A stretch of DNA of 63,631 nt, counting the filler, from Octopus bimaculoides (lineage: Eukaryota): assembly GCF_001194135.2 (NCBI RefSeq). It is 6 parts of 5 records of this genome, joined end to end, with 100 filler letters (N's around TTAATTAATTAA, not from the genome) between each part and the next. Parts side by side here need not be neighbours in the genome. Positions count along the whole stretch, not along the records: positions 10,686 to 26,345 come from NC_069007.1; 5 more parts are not named here. The stretch is one strand, 5' to 3'. How positions within the stretch are numbered: the first letter of the stretch is position 1; each line of letters starts with the position of its first letter. Below, one piece after another: positions 12,924 through 24,519 of this stretch. The notes beneath the pieces were generated by a model. The model saw only the letters and a program-made list of their open reading frames with translations. It made no database searches and was not told where the DNA came from. A program made the translations under genes and the position numbers.

Positions 12924-13987
12924 CTGCAGAATAGAAGAGAATGAACAGAGAACAGTATTTTGATATTCTAATAATATACGAGGGGTTGCTGGAAAGGTCC
13001 TGGCTTTAGGTAAAAGAAAATACAGGAGGATCAGTTAACTTATGGTTTTAGTCAACCCTGCCGGTGCTGGTGCCACATAAGGAGCATCCAATCCACAATA
13101 TTAAATCTTTTGTTACCATATTTTTATTGAAATTCACTGCTTTTGTTTCAGTTAATTTTTGATAAATAATGAATTCAATAAAATAATTTTGTTACCATAA
13201 ACCCTTTTGTTGCCATATTCCTATTGAAACATTCTGCTTGTTTCAATTAATTACACAAATAATGAAGAATTTAGTAAAAATGTCTGAAGCATTATTAAGC
13301 TGTTGTTTGGAGAACATAATTTAACATGAAATTTTCCAGGGAACTTTTAATTCAAATCATTTTAAAACAGGGAGTTTGTATTATAGAACCAGAGGCAGTT
13401 TCAAGCAGGTTGGTAATAAAAGGGTTAAACTTAACTCACCTGAAATTTTCACCTGAAGCAAAAACAATAAAAAAACAAAAACAGAATGAAACCAACTAAT
13501 TTGGGCTTGTTTCAGTTTTCATCTATCAAATTCACTCACAAAGATTTGGTCGGTCCAGGGTTATACCTGCCTAAGGTGTCAAACAGTGGGACCGAACCTG
13601 GAACCATGTGGTTGGGAAGCAAACTTCTTACCACACAGTCACACCTGCATTTATAGATATTTGCATAAAAGACACTTGATCATCACAACAAAAACAGTAA
13701 CAACAACAATGAAGTGCATAGAATGAATAGAAGTAAGGGTAAATGAGTCACAGACATGACTATACAGTTAAGAGGTTCACTTGACAACCATCTGGCTTCA
13801 GGTTCAATCCTACTACAAAGTACCTTGGTGCAACTAAGTTTTACTATAGGTCCAGTTTGACCAAAGTCTTGAGAATTATAATAGGCTGATTAGAAACTGT
13901 ATGGAAGCCCATCGAACAGAATGTATCTATTCTTAGACTGAACCAAACTACGAGATTTAAATCAAAAGCAAGTGATTCGATTAGTAC

Positions 13988-14136
13988 CTTGGACAAGGTC
14001 TCGCCTGTTCAAAGTCTGGGCAATCAGGTTTGTGAATACAGCAAAATTCCTTTGTTTTGTACCAGCAGAACAGAATCTGTTAAAAAGCTCGTGCAGGAGA
14101 CCAGTTAGATGGGAAATCTGCTGAATGAGGGTCTTC
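13988..14136 (-). CDS. DNHD1: DNHD1-like exon G
   Basis: KTLIQQISHLTGLL...VFTNLIAQTLNRRDLVQ corresponds to dynein 'LI....H.RD.V'; ttccag acceptor, GTACTA donor, phase 2-1. Confidence 0.9.
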
Positions 14137-14179
14137 CTGGAAATTAAAAACAAAAATCTTTACATAGATCATAGATTGT

Positions 14180-15010
14180 TATACGTGTAAACATTTGATG
14201 TCATTGAATGTTAAGAGTGTTTAGATCTGAGCTCATAGAATGTTAACACCATGAATATCTGAGCTCATGTGTATANNNNNNNNNNNNNNNNNNNNNNNNN
14301 NNNNNNNNNNNNNNNNNNNNNNNNNNNNNNNNNNNNNNNNNNNNNNNNNNNNNNNNNNNNNNNNNNNNNNNNNNNNNNNNNNNNNNNNNNNNNTATATAT
14401 AAGTCAGTAAATATTGGGGTTGTGTTAACCGCATGTGGAGAAATAATAGGAAAATAAAGAATAATAATAATAATGATAATAATAATAATAATAATAAGGC
14501 AGAATGCTAAACTGAAAGCATATTTTAATATAGATGTGTATAAGGAGGATTAAAAAGGATTATTATTATTATTCTTTATATATATATATATATATGCACG
14601 CACATACACACATGCACATGCGCGCACGTACATGTGCACACACACACACACATCTGAGGTCATAAAATGTTAATTGTTAAATACTTGAAATCATTCAATG
14701 TTAAGTGTTAAACGCACATTTGGTCATTGAATGTTAAGTATGTTAATATTTGAAGAATTCAATGTTAAGTATGTTAATAATTGAGCTCACAAAATGTTAG
14801 ATACAAGTATATCTGAGGTTACAGAATATTAAATGTCAAATACTTGAAATCCTTGAATGTTAAGTAAGTAAAATAGCTGAGCTCATGGAATGGTAGAAGT
14901 GTAAATCTTTGAAGTCACTTGAGATCCTTGAATGTTAAGTGAGTAAAATAGCTGAGCTCATGGAATGGTAGAAGTGTCAATCTTTGAAGTTATAGAATAT
15001 TAAATGTTTA
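14180..15010. repeat. Degenerate minisatellite (TTGAATGTTAAG / CTGAGCTCA motifs) with a recent about 72-bp tandem duplication
   Basis: Motifs recur throughout; TCCTTGAATGTTAAGT..AAAATAGCTGAGCTCATGGAATGGTAGAAGTG..ATCTTTGAAGT occurs twice in tandem at about 14850-14990. Confidence 0.75.
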
Positions 15011-15730
15011 ATTTTCGAGATGTTGCTATGGCATTTGTTTGATTCCCTGCAGCACCGTGTGTCCTTGAGCAAGACACTTTATTTCATGTTGCCAGCTGCA
15101 GTCCATTCAGCTGGCAAAAATGAGATATTTACCTGTAATTCAAAGGGTCATCCATGTGTCAGTCTGTGCCCTGAGAACTACATTAAGGGTATGAGTATCT
15201 GTGGAGTACTCAGCCACTTGCATGCCAATTTTACGAGCAGGCTGATCCATTGATCAGATCAAACGGAACCCTAATTGTTGTAACTGATGAAGTGCCAGTT
15301 ATAAATTTCATTAAAATCCTGAGGTGAAGATGTGGATATGTGGTCAAGGAGCATACTTCTCAACCAAGTGGCCTTGGGTTCAGTCATGTTGCGCAGCACC
15401 TTGGGGAAGTATTTTCTACTATGCCTCACAGCTGACCAAAGTCTTATGAATAAATTTGGTAAAAAGAAACTGAAAGAAGCCTGATGCATGTACGGCATTT
15501 TGGGCAAGTATTTTCTAGAATGCCTCTGAGCTGACCAAAGTCTTATGAATAAATTTACAGTGTGTGCCACATTAAAAGCACCAAGCACATACTACTCTTT
15601 TACTCTTTTACTTGTTTCAGTCATTTGACTGTGGCCATGCAGGAGCACCACCTTTAGTCGAGCAAATCGACCCCAGGACTTATTCTTTGGATGCCTAGTA
15701 CTTACGATGGTGGGGGACAGACACACATAC

Positions 15731-15767
<37 letters not shown>

Positions 15768-16464
15768 AGTAAAAATAAATACAAAAAAGGTGGGTTTTTT
15801 TGTATGATTGTGTATAGAGGAATATATTATTTTGCTTAAAAGAGTTCCAACACTGTCTGTTTTTTATGTTTTATTTATATTCCTGCAGAACCAATGTGGG
15901 GTATAGAATATGGAATATACAATATATAATATAATATACAATATACAATATAAAATAAAATAAAATAAAAANNNNNNNNNNNNNNNNNNNNNNNNNNNNN
16001 NNNNNNNNNNNNNNNNNNNNNNNNNNNNNNNNNNNNNNNNNNNNNNNNNNNNNNNNNNNNNNNNNNNNNNNNNNNNNNNNNNNNNNNNNNNNNNNNNNNN
16101 NNNNNNNNNNNNNNNNNNNNNNNNNNNNNNNNNNNNNNNNNNNNNNNNNNNNNNNNNNNNNNNNNNNNNNNNNNNNNNNNNNNNNNNNNNNNNNNNNNNN
16201 NNNNNNNNNNNNNNNNNNNNNNNNNNNNNNNNNNNNNNNNNNNNNNNNNNNNNNNNNNNNNNNNNNNNNNNNNNNNNNNNNNNNNNNNNNNNNNNNNNNN
16301 NNNNNNNNNNNNNNNNNNNNNNNNCATTTTTATTTTATTTTATTTTATATTGTATATTGTATATTATATTATATATTGTATATTCCATATTCTATACCCC
16401 ACATTAGTTCTGCAGGAATATAAATAAAACATAAAAAACAGACAGTGTTGGAACTCTTTTAAGC

Positions 16465-16503
<39 letters not shown>

Positions 16504-16831
16504 TACGACAGGCTTCTTTCAGTTTCCGTCTACCAAATCCACTCACAAGGCTTTGGTCGGCCCAAGGCTATAGCAGAAGACACTTGTCCAAGGTGCCACG
16601 CAATGGGAATGAACCCGGAACCATGTGGTTGGTAAGCAAGCTACTTACCACACAGCCACTCCTGCGCCTATATACTGTAAATTTATTCATAAGCCTGTCG
16701 CATATAGGTATCTTTATATGTGTGTATTTATGTATATATTCAGAGAGAAGTATCTATATATATGTGTGTGTATGTATGTGTATCTATGTATGTTTTGAGA
16801 GAGAAGTAAAGGCATAAGAGGAATTAGAGGC

Positions 16832-17295
16832 AGTGTGCAGGAGAGAAGACTACGCTGGTTTGGTCATGTGATGTGGATGGATGTCGACAACTCCATAAAG
16901 AAATGCCGATCTCTCAAAGAAGATGGAACTCATGGAACGGAGAGACGCAGGAAGACATGGGATGAAGAACTGAAGGATGACTTCAGGACACCAAACCTTC
17001 AGATGAAACAAAGGGCCAACATACCTGGCACCTTGCCGTGCTCAAGAAGAGCCCTCCCCCACAGCAGAGGTGTTAGGGCCGTTCCCTACTGGTGAAGAGA
17101 ATTGACCAACAAGAATCCTCTGCCAGTGCCATGTAAAAAGCACCCAGCACACACTGTAAAGTGGATGGTGCTAGGAAGGGCATTCAGCCATTGAAACCAA
17201 ATCAGACTGGAACCTGGTGCAGCTCTCCAGCTTGTCGGCTCTGGTCAAACCGTCCGCACCATGCTAGCATGGTAAATGGACGTTAAAGGATGATG
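16832..17295 (+). mobile_element. Short RTE LINE 3' fragment and tail
   Basis: VQERRLRWFGHVMWMD...RRKTWDEELKDD, then the common tail ending ACGTTAAA(GAT)n. Confidence 0.8.
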
Positions 17296-17574
17296 ATGAT
17301 GCGTATGTATGTGTATATGTGTGGTTGTATACTGTTGTCTTGACATGGTTCTTGTGAATGAGAATCAGTCATACAAGCAATGTTGTTTTGTTTCCAGTCT
17401 TCTATGAAAGACATATGCGGCCATACAAAAACTATTACCTTGTTTGGAAACAGGTAACAGTTGGCAACAGGAAGAACATCCAGCCACAGAAAATCTGCCT
17501 CAACAAATTCAGTCTGACCCATGCAAGCATGGAACAGTAGACGTTAAATGATGATGATGATGAAATAAACTTAC

Positions 17575-17734
17575 TTGAAGTCTTCCAAATTGGAAGCACT
17601 TTTCTGTTCCAAACATTTTCTCATTTGTTTTTCCCATACTACAGATTCAGCAACAACGATGCACTGCACAGGAAACTCATTGATCCAAGATTCAAAGGAC
17701 ATTGCTTCTTTGTAATACGGTATTATCCCAAGAT
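17575..17734 (-). CDS. DNHD1: DNHD1-like exon F (not in the ORF track)
   Basis: My translation LGIIPYYKEAMSFESWINEFPVQCIVVAESVVWEKQMRKCLEQKSASNLEDF matches dynein 'W...(Y/F)P.Q.V..A..I.W'; tag acceptor, GTAAGT donor, phase 1-2. Confidence 0.92.
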
Positions 17735-18019
17735 CTAGTTGATGAGACAGCGTTATATTAGTTCTTTTTCTAATATATATATGAATTATAGCAAAACTTG
17801 TTAAGAATGAAACAATACAAAATGAAATTACAAGAGTGAAAACAGAACATCAGTTGAAGTTTTACTTTGCATTTCTTTAATATTTTGGGGTTAGAACCCT
17901 TTCATGAGGACACATGGAGAAATGGGATATGTAATAAGGCTATTATCATTGCTCAAATATGTGAGGGAGGGTAGCGAGACGTACTGACCGGTGTTGTTTT
18001 AATCACCAGTCTAATTTAT

Positions 18020-18549
18020 ATAGTTCTTATTTACATTATTTACATTCGACGGATTTTTGTCCTCATCTTGTTTGTTGTTAACACAACGTTTCGGCTGATA
18101 TACCCTCCAGCCTTCATCAGGTGTCTTGAGGAAATTTCGAACCTGGGTTCTCATTCCTAAGGTATTTTTCAATGTTACCATTTTGAGCATGGCCGTTGCC
18201 AGTACCGCCTGACTGGCCTTCGTGCCGGTGGCACATAAAAGCACCCACTACACTCTTGGAGTGGTTGGCGTTAAGAAGGGCATCCAGCTGTAGAAACTCT
18301 GCCAAATCAGATTGGAGCCTGGTGTAGCCATCCGGTTTCACCAGTCCTCAGTCAAATCGTCCAACCCATGTTAGCATGGAAAGCGGACGTTAAACGATGA
18401 TGATGATGAATGATGATGTTGTTGTTGCTAATGCTATTATTATTGTTGTTGTTATTATTATTATTATTATTATTCAGGTCACTGCCTGGAATTGAACTCG
18501 GAGTCTTGGGGTTAGTAGCCCACACTCTTAACCACTGCGCCATATGCCC
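18020..18549 (-). mobile_element. tRNA-headed SINE-like element with a hammerhead-bearing tail, interrupted by an RTE-tail repeat (about 18180-18415)
   Basis: Head at 18549-18476 has A box TGGCGCAGTGG, anticodon-like arm and B box GAGTTCAATTCC, then (AAT/AAC)n, then the tail AAATACCTTAGGAATGAG...hammerhead...GTAAATAATGTAAATAA. Confidence 0.7.
18081..18124 (-). ncRNA. Minimal type-I hammerhead ribozyme (PLE-type)
   Basis: Minus strand: ACAC CTGATGA A GGCTG(gagggtatat)CAGCC GAAAC GTT GTGT. Stem I ACAC/GTGT, 5-bp stem II, palindromic AACGTT at helix III. Confidence 0.8.
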
Positions 18550-18876
18550 ATGGGCAATTACAGAGTGGATTTTTGGGGCTTATAAATCTAATATTTTCCT
18601 ATCCTTCCTTAATACCGTCAAATGTAAATAATGTAAATAATGTACATAATTCCTCATCTCTTAAATATGGACCTGTATTATGTAGTTCTTGTCTGTTTTT
18701 AATGAAGGCTTCAGGTGATTAATTAGGATAGTGTCCTTGAATCGAAGATTGCCTTCATTACATTTTGTGGCTCTAATGAATATTACATAATACTTCAGTC
18801 ATATTACTATTAAAAGAATATTTATAAAAGAAAAAAATGTATAACTTTTATAAATTTGACAAAAAAAAAATATTAC

Positions 18877-19050
18877 CTTCAAATCGAGATCTCACACAAT
18901 CTGTAAGTGCCTCTACCATTGTATCCTTCATGGACTGTTCCAGATCTTTGAACCATTGCAAGTTGAACTGGAGTGGCCCTAGTGACTCAGAGGCCAGGGG
19001 CAAAAGTTCATCCATTTCACCAATAATTGCAAATGCTTCAAGTTTCTCAG
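18877..19050 (-). CDS. DNHD1: DNHD1-like exon E
   Basis: EKLEAFAIIGEMDELLPL...QWFKDLEQSMKDTMVEALTDCVRSRFE fits the dynein 'GE...W...E..M..T' pattern; polypyrimidine ccag acceptor, GTAATA donor, phase 1-1. Confidence 0.92.
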
Positions 19051-19179
19051 CTGGAAAAAAAAGAAAAAGAAAAAGAACAACACAGTCAAAGCTGATGCAA
19101 AATGTCTCCAAATATATTCCAGTGAGAATAGCAGAAGACACAATTGAGCACCAAGCAAAATACTATGAGTTACATACAC

Positions 19180-19460
19180 AGCGGGATCGTTGCCGGTGCC
19201 CCTGGACTGGCTCTTGTGCCGGTGGCACATAAAAGACACCATTTCGAGCGTGGCCGTTTTCGTGCGGGTGACACGTAAAAGCACCCACTACACTCTCTGA
19301 GTGGTTGGCGTTAGGAAGGGCATCCAGCTGTAGAAACTCTGCCAAATTAGATTGGAGCCTGGTGTTGCCATCCGGTTTCACCAGTCCTCAGTCAAATCGT
19401 CCAACCCATGCTAGCATGAAAGGCGGACGTTAAACGATGATGATGATGATGATGATGATA
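19180..19460 (+). repeat. High-copy RTE-tail-like repeat ending in (GAT)n
   Basis: AAGCACCCACTACACTC..GAGTGGTTGGCGTTAGGAAGGGCATCCAGCTGTAGAAAC...GGACGTTAAACGATGATG. Near-identical copies at about 18180, 21325 and 21500 (tandem pair) and 25290-25735. Confidence 0.85.
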
Positions 19461-20539
19461 CANNNNNNNNNNNNNNNNNNNNNNNNNNNNNNNNNNNNNN
19501 NNNNNNNNNNNNNNNNNNNNNNNNNNNNNNNNNNNNNNNNNNNNNNNNNNNNNNNNNNNNNNNNNNNNNNNNNNNNNNNNNNNNNNNNNNNNNNNNNNNN
19601 NNNNNNNNNNNNNNNNNNNNNNNNNNNNNNNNNNNNNNNNNNNNNNNNNNNNNNNNNNNNNNNNNNNNNNNNNNNNNNNNNNNNNNNNNNNNNNNNNNNN
19701 NNNNNNNNNNNNNNNNNNNNNNNNNNNNNNNNNNNNNNNNNNNNNNNNNNNNNNNNNNNNNNNNNNNNNNNNNNNNNNNNNNNNNNNNNNNNNNNNNNNN
19801 NNNNNNNNNNNNNNNNNNNNNNNNNNNNNNNNNNNNNNNNNNNNNNNNNNNNNNNNNNNNNNNNNNNNNNNNNNNNNNNNNNNNNNNNNNNNNNNNNNNN
19901 NNNNNNNNNNNNNNNNNNNNNNNNNNNNNNNNNNNNNNNNNNNNNNNNNNNNNNNNNNNNNNNNNNNNNNNNNNNNNNNNNNNNNNNNNNNNNNNNNNNN
20001 NNNNNNNNNNNNNNNNNNNNNNNNNNNNNNNNNNNNNNNNNNNNNNNNNNNNNNNNNNNNNNNNNNNNNNNNNNNNNNNNNNNNNNNNNNNNNNNNNNNN
20101 NNNNNNNNNNNNNNNNNNNNNNNNNNNNNNNNNNNNNNNNNNNNNNNNNNNNNNNNNNNNNNNNNNNNNNNNNNNNNNNNNNNNNNNNNNNNNNNNNNNN
20201 NNNNNNNNNNNNNNNNNNNNNNNNNNNNNNNNNNNNNNNNNNNNNNNNNNNGATACACATACATATATACACTAGGTTTCCATTTACTAAATTCACTGAT
20301 TCACTCACAAGGTATTAGTCACCCTGGGGCTATAGTAGAAGACACTTGCTCAAGGTGCCACACAATGGGACTGAACCCAAGACAACATGGTTGAGAAGTG
20401 AGCTTGTTAACTGCAGAGCCATGTCTATGCCTGAAGCATTTCGTCGCACACTCCAACAATCCTGCAATTCCACCGATCGGCCTCACACGGATTAATGAGT
20501 TGGTCACAGTTTTGCAAGCATGGAAGAACAACAAGATTA

Positions 20540-20900
20540 TAAGAAGAAGAAATATAAAAATGTAGAGGCAGCGGGGTAAAAGTAGGAGGAAGAAAAAGAG
20601 GAAGGAGGAAGGAGGAGGAGAAAAAGGAGGAGGAGGAGGAAGAAAAAGAAGAAGAGGAAGAAGAAAAAGGAGGAGGAGGAGGAGGAAGAAGAATAAGAAG
20701 GAGAAAAAGAAGATGAAGAAAAATAAAAGAAGAAGAAAAAGGAGAAAAAGAAGAATAAGTAGGAGGAGGAAGAGAAGAAAAAGGTGGAAAAAAAAGAAGA
20801 AACAGAAGAATAAGGAGGAGGAGGGGAGGAGGAGGAAGAGGAGAAGAAGAAGAAGAAGAAGAAGAAGAAGAAGAAGAAGATGATGAAGAAGAAGAATGTT
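20540..20900 (+). repeat. Polypurine (GAA/GGA)n tract directly after the exon D donor
   Basis: About 360 bp almost purely A/G on the + strand; it produces the poly-S/P read-through in the ORF track. Confidence 0.9.
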
Positions 20901-20915
20901 GTGTAGTTAACTTAC

Positions 20916-21156
20916 TGTTCCGAGACAATTCGCTGGCAGTGAGCATATGAGAAGATTTCTTGTTTGTTTGTTTTGGAACTCTTAATGCCAAATTGAAGAG
21001 GCCCGGGAAACATTTACGTGCACTGGGCACCAGTTGTTCAGGTCGGTCAGTGACCGCAAGTAAGTCTGTCACCTCGTTGTCACTGAGGAAGAAGAGACGA
21101 GGGAAATCCATTCGACTTTCGTCCAAAAATCGCTGCAGTTTCTTCAAAATGTGTTC
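20916..21156 (-). CDS. DNHD1: DNHD1-like exon D
   Basis: EHILKKLQRFLDESRMDFPRLFFLSDNEVTDLLA...RKCFPGL carries the hallmark dynein FPR(F/L)FLS motif; 'FPRLFFLSD' is the DNHD1-type version. Donor GTAAGT, phase 1. Confidence 0.95.
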
Positions 21157-21945
21157 CTGTGGCAGAAATGAAAGAAGGATACGGTTGCTTAGCGCTTAAC
21201 GATCAGGGACACTTCTCAAGCAAGATGCTGAATACAGGAGTATAACGGACATCTTAGTTGAGAGATGTCCTTACAATTAATTATGAACAATACTCATTAG
21301 TCATCATTGTTATTATTATTATTAAAGCACCTACTATACACTCGGAGTGGTTGGCATTAGGAAGGGCATCCAGCTGTAGAAACATTACCAGATCAGACTG
21401 GAGTCTGGTGCAGCCTCCTGGCTTTCCAGACCCCAGTCGAACCGTCCAACCCATGCCAGCATGGAAAACGGACGTTAAACAATTATTATTATTATTATTA
21501 AAGCACCCACTACATGCTCGGAGTGGTTGGTGTTAGGAAGGGCATCCAGCTGTAGAAACATTGCCAGATCAGACTGGAGTCTGGTGCAACCTCCAGGCTT
21601 TCCAGGCCCCAGTCAAACTGTCCAACCCATGCCAGCATGGAAAACGGACGTCAAATGATGATTATTATAATTATTAAAGCGACCAGGGGCTACAGTAGAA
21701 AACACTTGTCCAAGGTGCCACACGGTGGGACTGAACCTGAAATCACAAGTAGGAAAACAGGCTTCTGGACCACACGACCAAGCCGGCGCCTTACTTTACC
21801 TGAAAAAAATTTCAGGTGGGATGGTCATAATTAGAACACCTTTGCTTAGAAGTCTTTTCAATCAGGGCAGATAACAAGGTAAACAACAACAACAACAACA
21901 TGAATTATAAAAGTAAAGTGGAAAAAAATGATTTCTTAAACGAAC

Positions 21946-22077
21946 CATGGTTTCAATAATCGACAGCAACATTTTCCGTAACTTGTTTCCCTGGAGGACA
22001 CGATGATCTTTCTCACTCATTGATTTGGGGCAAACCGACATTACCTTGGGGTCAGCGTTTACCACACGCATCCATTC
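21946..22077 (-). CDS. DNHD1: DNHD1-like exon C (132 nt, phase 0-0)
   Basis: EWMRVVNADPKVMSVCPKSMSEKDHRVLQGNKLRKMLLSIIETM resembles human DNHD1 'ADPMVLS...FQGQQL' as I recall it. ccag acceptor; weaker GTTCGT donor that is in phase with exon D. Confidence 0.88.
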
Positions 22078-22491
22078 CTGGAATATTTAATTAAAAAAGA
22101 AAAAAAAAGGGAGAGAAAATAATGGTTGTAAATTTTGGTACAAGAACAGTAATTTTACAGAGAAAGGGTTAAGTTGATGACATTGACCTAGTACATAACT
22201 GGTACTTATTTTGTCAAACCCCTAAAAGGATAAGTTGGCCTTGGTGGGATTTGAACTTAGTGCATAAATAACCAGAAGGGATGCCACAAAGCATTTTGCC
22301 CAGCACATTCCAGTCATTTGTATGTAGGGGGTCACACCATGAGGTCTTTAGCATTTGTGAGATCCAGGTTTTAATTATGAGTTTTTTATGACTAGAGATG
22401 GTGGATCAACTAATACTTACTTTGGACGTATAGTGAACTGTGTATTCAAACATAATGTGCTGAGTCAAAAACTTTGCAATATTTTGGTAAC

Positions 22492-22687
22492 ATAAGACAA
22501 GCAAACAGGCAAAATGCTTAGTGGTATTTCGTCTATCTTTACATTCTGAGTTCAAATTCTGCAGAGGTTGACTTTGCCTTTCATCCTTGCGCAGTCGATA
22601 AATTAAGTACCAGTTGCATACTGGAGTCGATCAAATTGATTAGCCCCCTGTCCAAAAATTTCGGGCCTTGTGCCTAGAGTAGAAAAG
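22492..22687 (+). mobile_element. 5'-truncated SINE inserted in the mariner left terminus
   Basis: Body GAGTTCAAATTCTGC...TTTCATCC...AAGTACCAG shared with many copies in the window; TSD AATATT(T/C)TGGTAAC at 22478 and 22688. Confidence 0.8.
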
Positions 22688-23313
22688 AATATTCTGGTAA
22701 CTATTTGCTTTGTTCATTGTGGTGCAACAAAAGCAGCCCAGAATTTAAAGAAGAGGCCATTGTGTTGCAGCGTCGGAAGCCAGCTTTCTGCCAGTTCTTT
22801 GATTCCTCACTGATACTATTTCTTGTCCTTTGAGGCAAAGAACTCCTTCACTGAAGCCTCCACCTGCTCTTGATTGGTGAAGCGTTGTGCGCACAGGAAG
22901 TAATCCTTGGATGGGAACAAGTAATAATCCAAGGGAGATAACTTTCCACAACCCTAACATGCATAAGCAGGGTTTAAGCAAAGGGCCTGCTACTGAAGCC
23001 TATTGCCAAATATGGGCATTTCAAATACAATGTGATGCTCTGCATCAGGTGAAATTACGAGGGAGTAATTCACAACAAGTTGGTTCCATCTGGTCAAACC
23101 ATTAATGCCTACTTGTACTCTGAACAACAGGAGCGGAGGTATGCCATGGTGAGGCAAGAATATCTAGTATTGGTCAACAGAAAGTAACCTCTTCCGCAGC
23201 AAGGCAATGTAGGACCTCATACTGCTTGAATGACCTGGAATGAACTCCAGGAACTTGAGGGAATTGAACTGATGCCATGCCCAGCGTATAGTCGGATTAT
23301 TACTTGTTCTGAT

Positions 23314-23701
23314 GTGGAGATGCAATGGCCCAGTGGTTAGGGCAGCGGACTTGTGGTCATAGGATCGCGGTTTCTATTCCCAGACTGGGCGTTGTGAGTG
23401 TTTATTGAGTGAAAACACCTAAAGCTCCACGAGGCTCCGGCAGGGGATGGTGACGAACCCTGCTGTACTCCTCCACCACAACATTCTCTCACTCTTACTT
23501 CCTGTTTCTGTTGTACCTGTAATTCAAAGGGTCAGCCTTGTCACACTGTGTCACGCTGAATATCCCCGAGAACTACGTTAAAGGTACACGTGTCTGTGGA
23601 GTGCTCAGCCACTTGCACGTTAATTTTACGAGCAGGCTGTTCCGTCGATTGGATCAACTGGAACCCTCGACGTCGTAAGCGACAGAGTGCCAACACCAAC
23701 A
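23314..23701 (+). mobile_element. Full-length tRNA-derived SINE with a 12-bp target-site duplication
   Basis: Head GGAGATGCAATGGCCCAGTGGTTAGGGCAGCGGAC...; TSD ACTTGTTCTGAT at 23302-23313 and 23702-23713. Confidence 0.9.
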
Positions 23702-23988
23702 ACTTGTTCTGATCCATGGATCACTTTTTGTGCTCATGAGGCTTCATCAACGAAGAGGAGATGGAGACTCAAAGAGCAAGAACTTGCATCAGCACAGAAT
23801 CAAAGAACTGGCAGAAAGGTGGCTTCAGACGCTACAACCTGATGGCCCCTGCTTTCAATTCCGGGCTGCTTTTGTTGTAACTTGATACATAAAGAAAATA
23901 AGCCACCAGAATATTGCAAAACTCTTGACTCAGCACAATGTTATCCTGTTTTTTTTTAACCAGGGAGGGAAGATAAATGAATGCTTAC

Positions 23989-24087
23989 TTTGAATTTGTT
24001 GTGAACGGAGAATTCAAACGTAGTGGCCTGAAGATCAAATTCTTTAATAAAACTTGGTTTCTCAAATACTTTAATGAGGTACATCCA
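23989..24087 (-). CDS. DNHD1: DNHD1-like exon B (99 nt, phase 0-0)
   Basis: WMYLIKVFEKPSFIKEFDLQATTFEFSVHNKFK continues the dynein 'Q..WMYL..IF' motif from exon A; tttcag acceptor and GTAAGC donor. Confidence 0.92.
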
Positions 24088-24240
24088 CTGAAATTTAAGA
24101 ACAAAAATGCAACAATTTACAATGACCATATCAGCCATCACAGCATCAATTTATCATTTCTTACCATGTTTTCAGCAGCTTCATTTGAGATTTTACATCA
24201 CCTTTAGGTGTAGAGCTATGTTCCCCAGATGTGTGTGGGA

Positions 24241-24276
24241 TTAGGGTTAGGGTTAGGGTTAGGGTTAGGGTTAGGG
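24241..24276 (+). repeat. Interstitial telomeric-type repeat (TTAGGG)6
   Basis: Six perfect TTAGGG units read directly. Confidence 0.95.
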
Positions 24277-24411
24277 ATTGTGCTTTTTGTTGGTTGTTAG
24301 TTTCAATCTGTTTGTTATATGTAAAGAATAAAAAGTTTAGAATGGTACAACAATGCACTATAGAACAAAAAATGGACTATATACCTGTTGTAATTTGGTT
24401 ACCTATAGTCC

Positions 24412-24447
24412 GATGATATTTCGGAATTAGAATTCCTTCTTCAGATC
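24412..24447 (-). ncRNA. Minimal hammerhead motif, left arm of palindrome
   Basis: GAT CTGAAGA A GGAAT(tcta)ATTCC GAAA TATC ATC. Both core boxes and a perfect stem II are present; stem I is only 3 bp. Confidence 0.6.
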
Positions 24448-24483
24448 TTATTTGCTGTTTATAGCAGAGACTCCAGCAAAGAA

Positions 24484-24519
24484 GATCTGAAGAAGGAATT
24501 CTAATTCCGAAATATCATC
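24484..24519 (+). ncRNA. Minimal hammerhead motif, right arm of palindrome
   Basis: Identical inverted copy of 24412-24447. Confidence 0.6.

Larger units (their letters stand above)
22450..23942 (+). mobile_element. Decayed mariner-like element with long (about 150-bp) inverted termini, carrying two nested SINEs
   Basis: 22450-22491 plus 22688-22805 is the inverse of about 23788-23942. The interior has a degenerate transposase (VMLCI...GVIHNKLVPSGQTINA). Confidence 0.75.

Noticed and set aside
18476-18549. tRNA-like sequences here and at 23314, 36260 and 12310
   Set aside because: They have A/B boxes but no closing acceptor stem and continue into repeat bodies; SINE heads, not tRNA genes.
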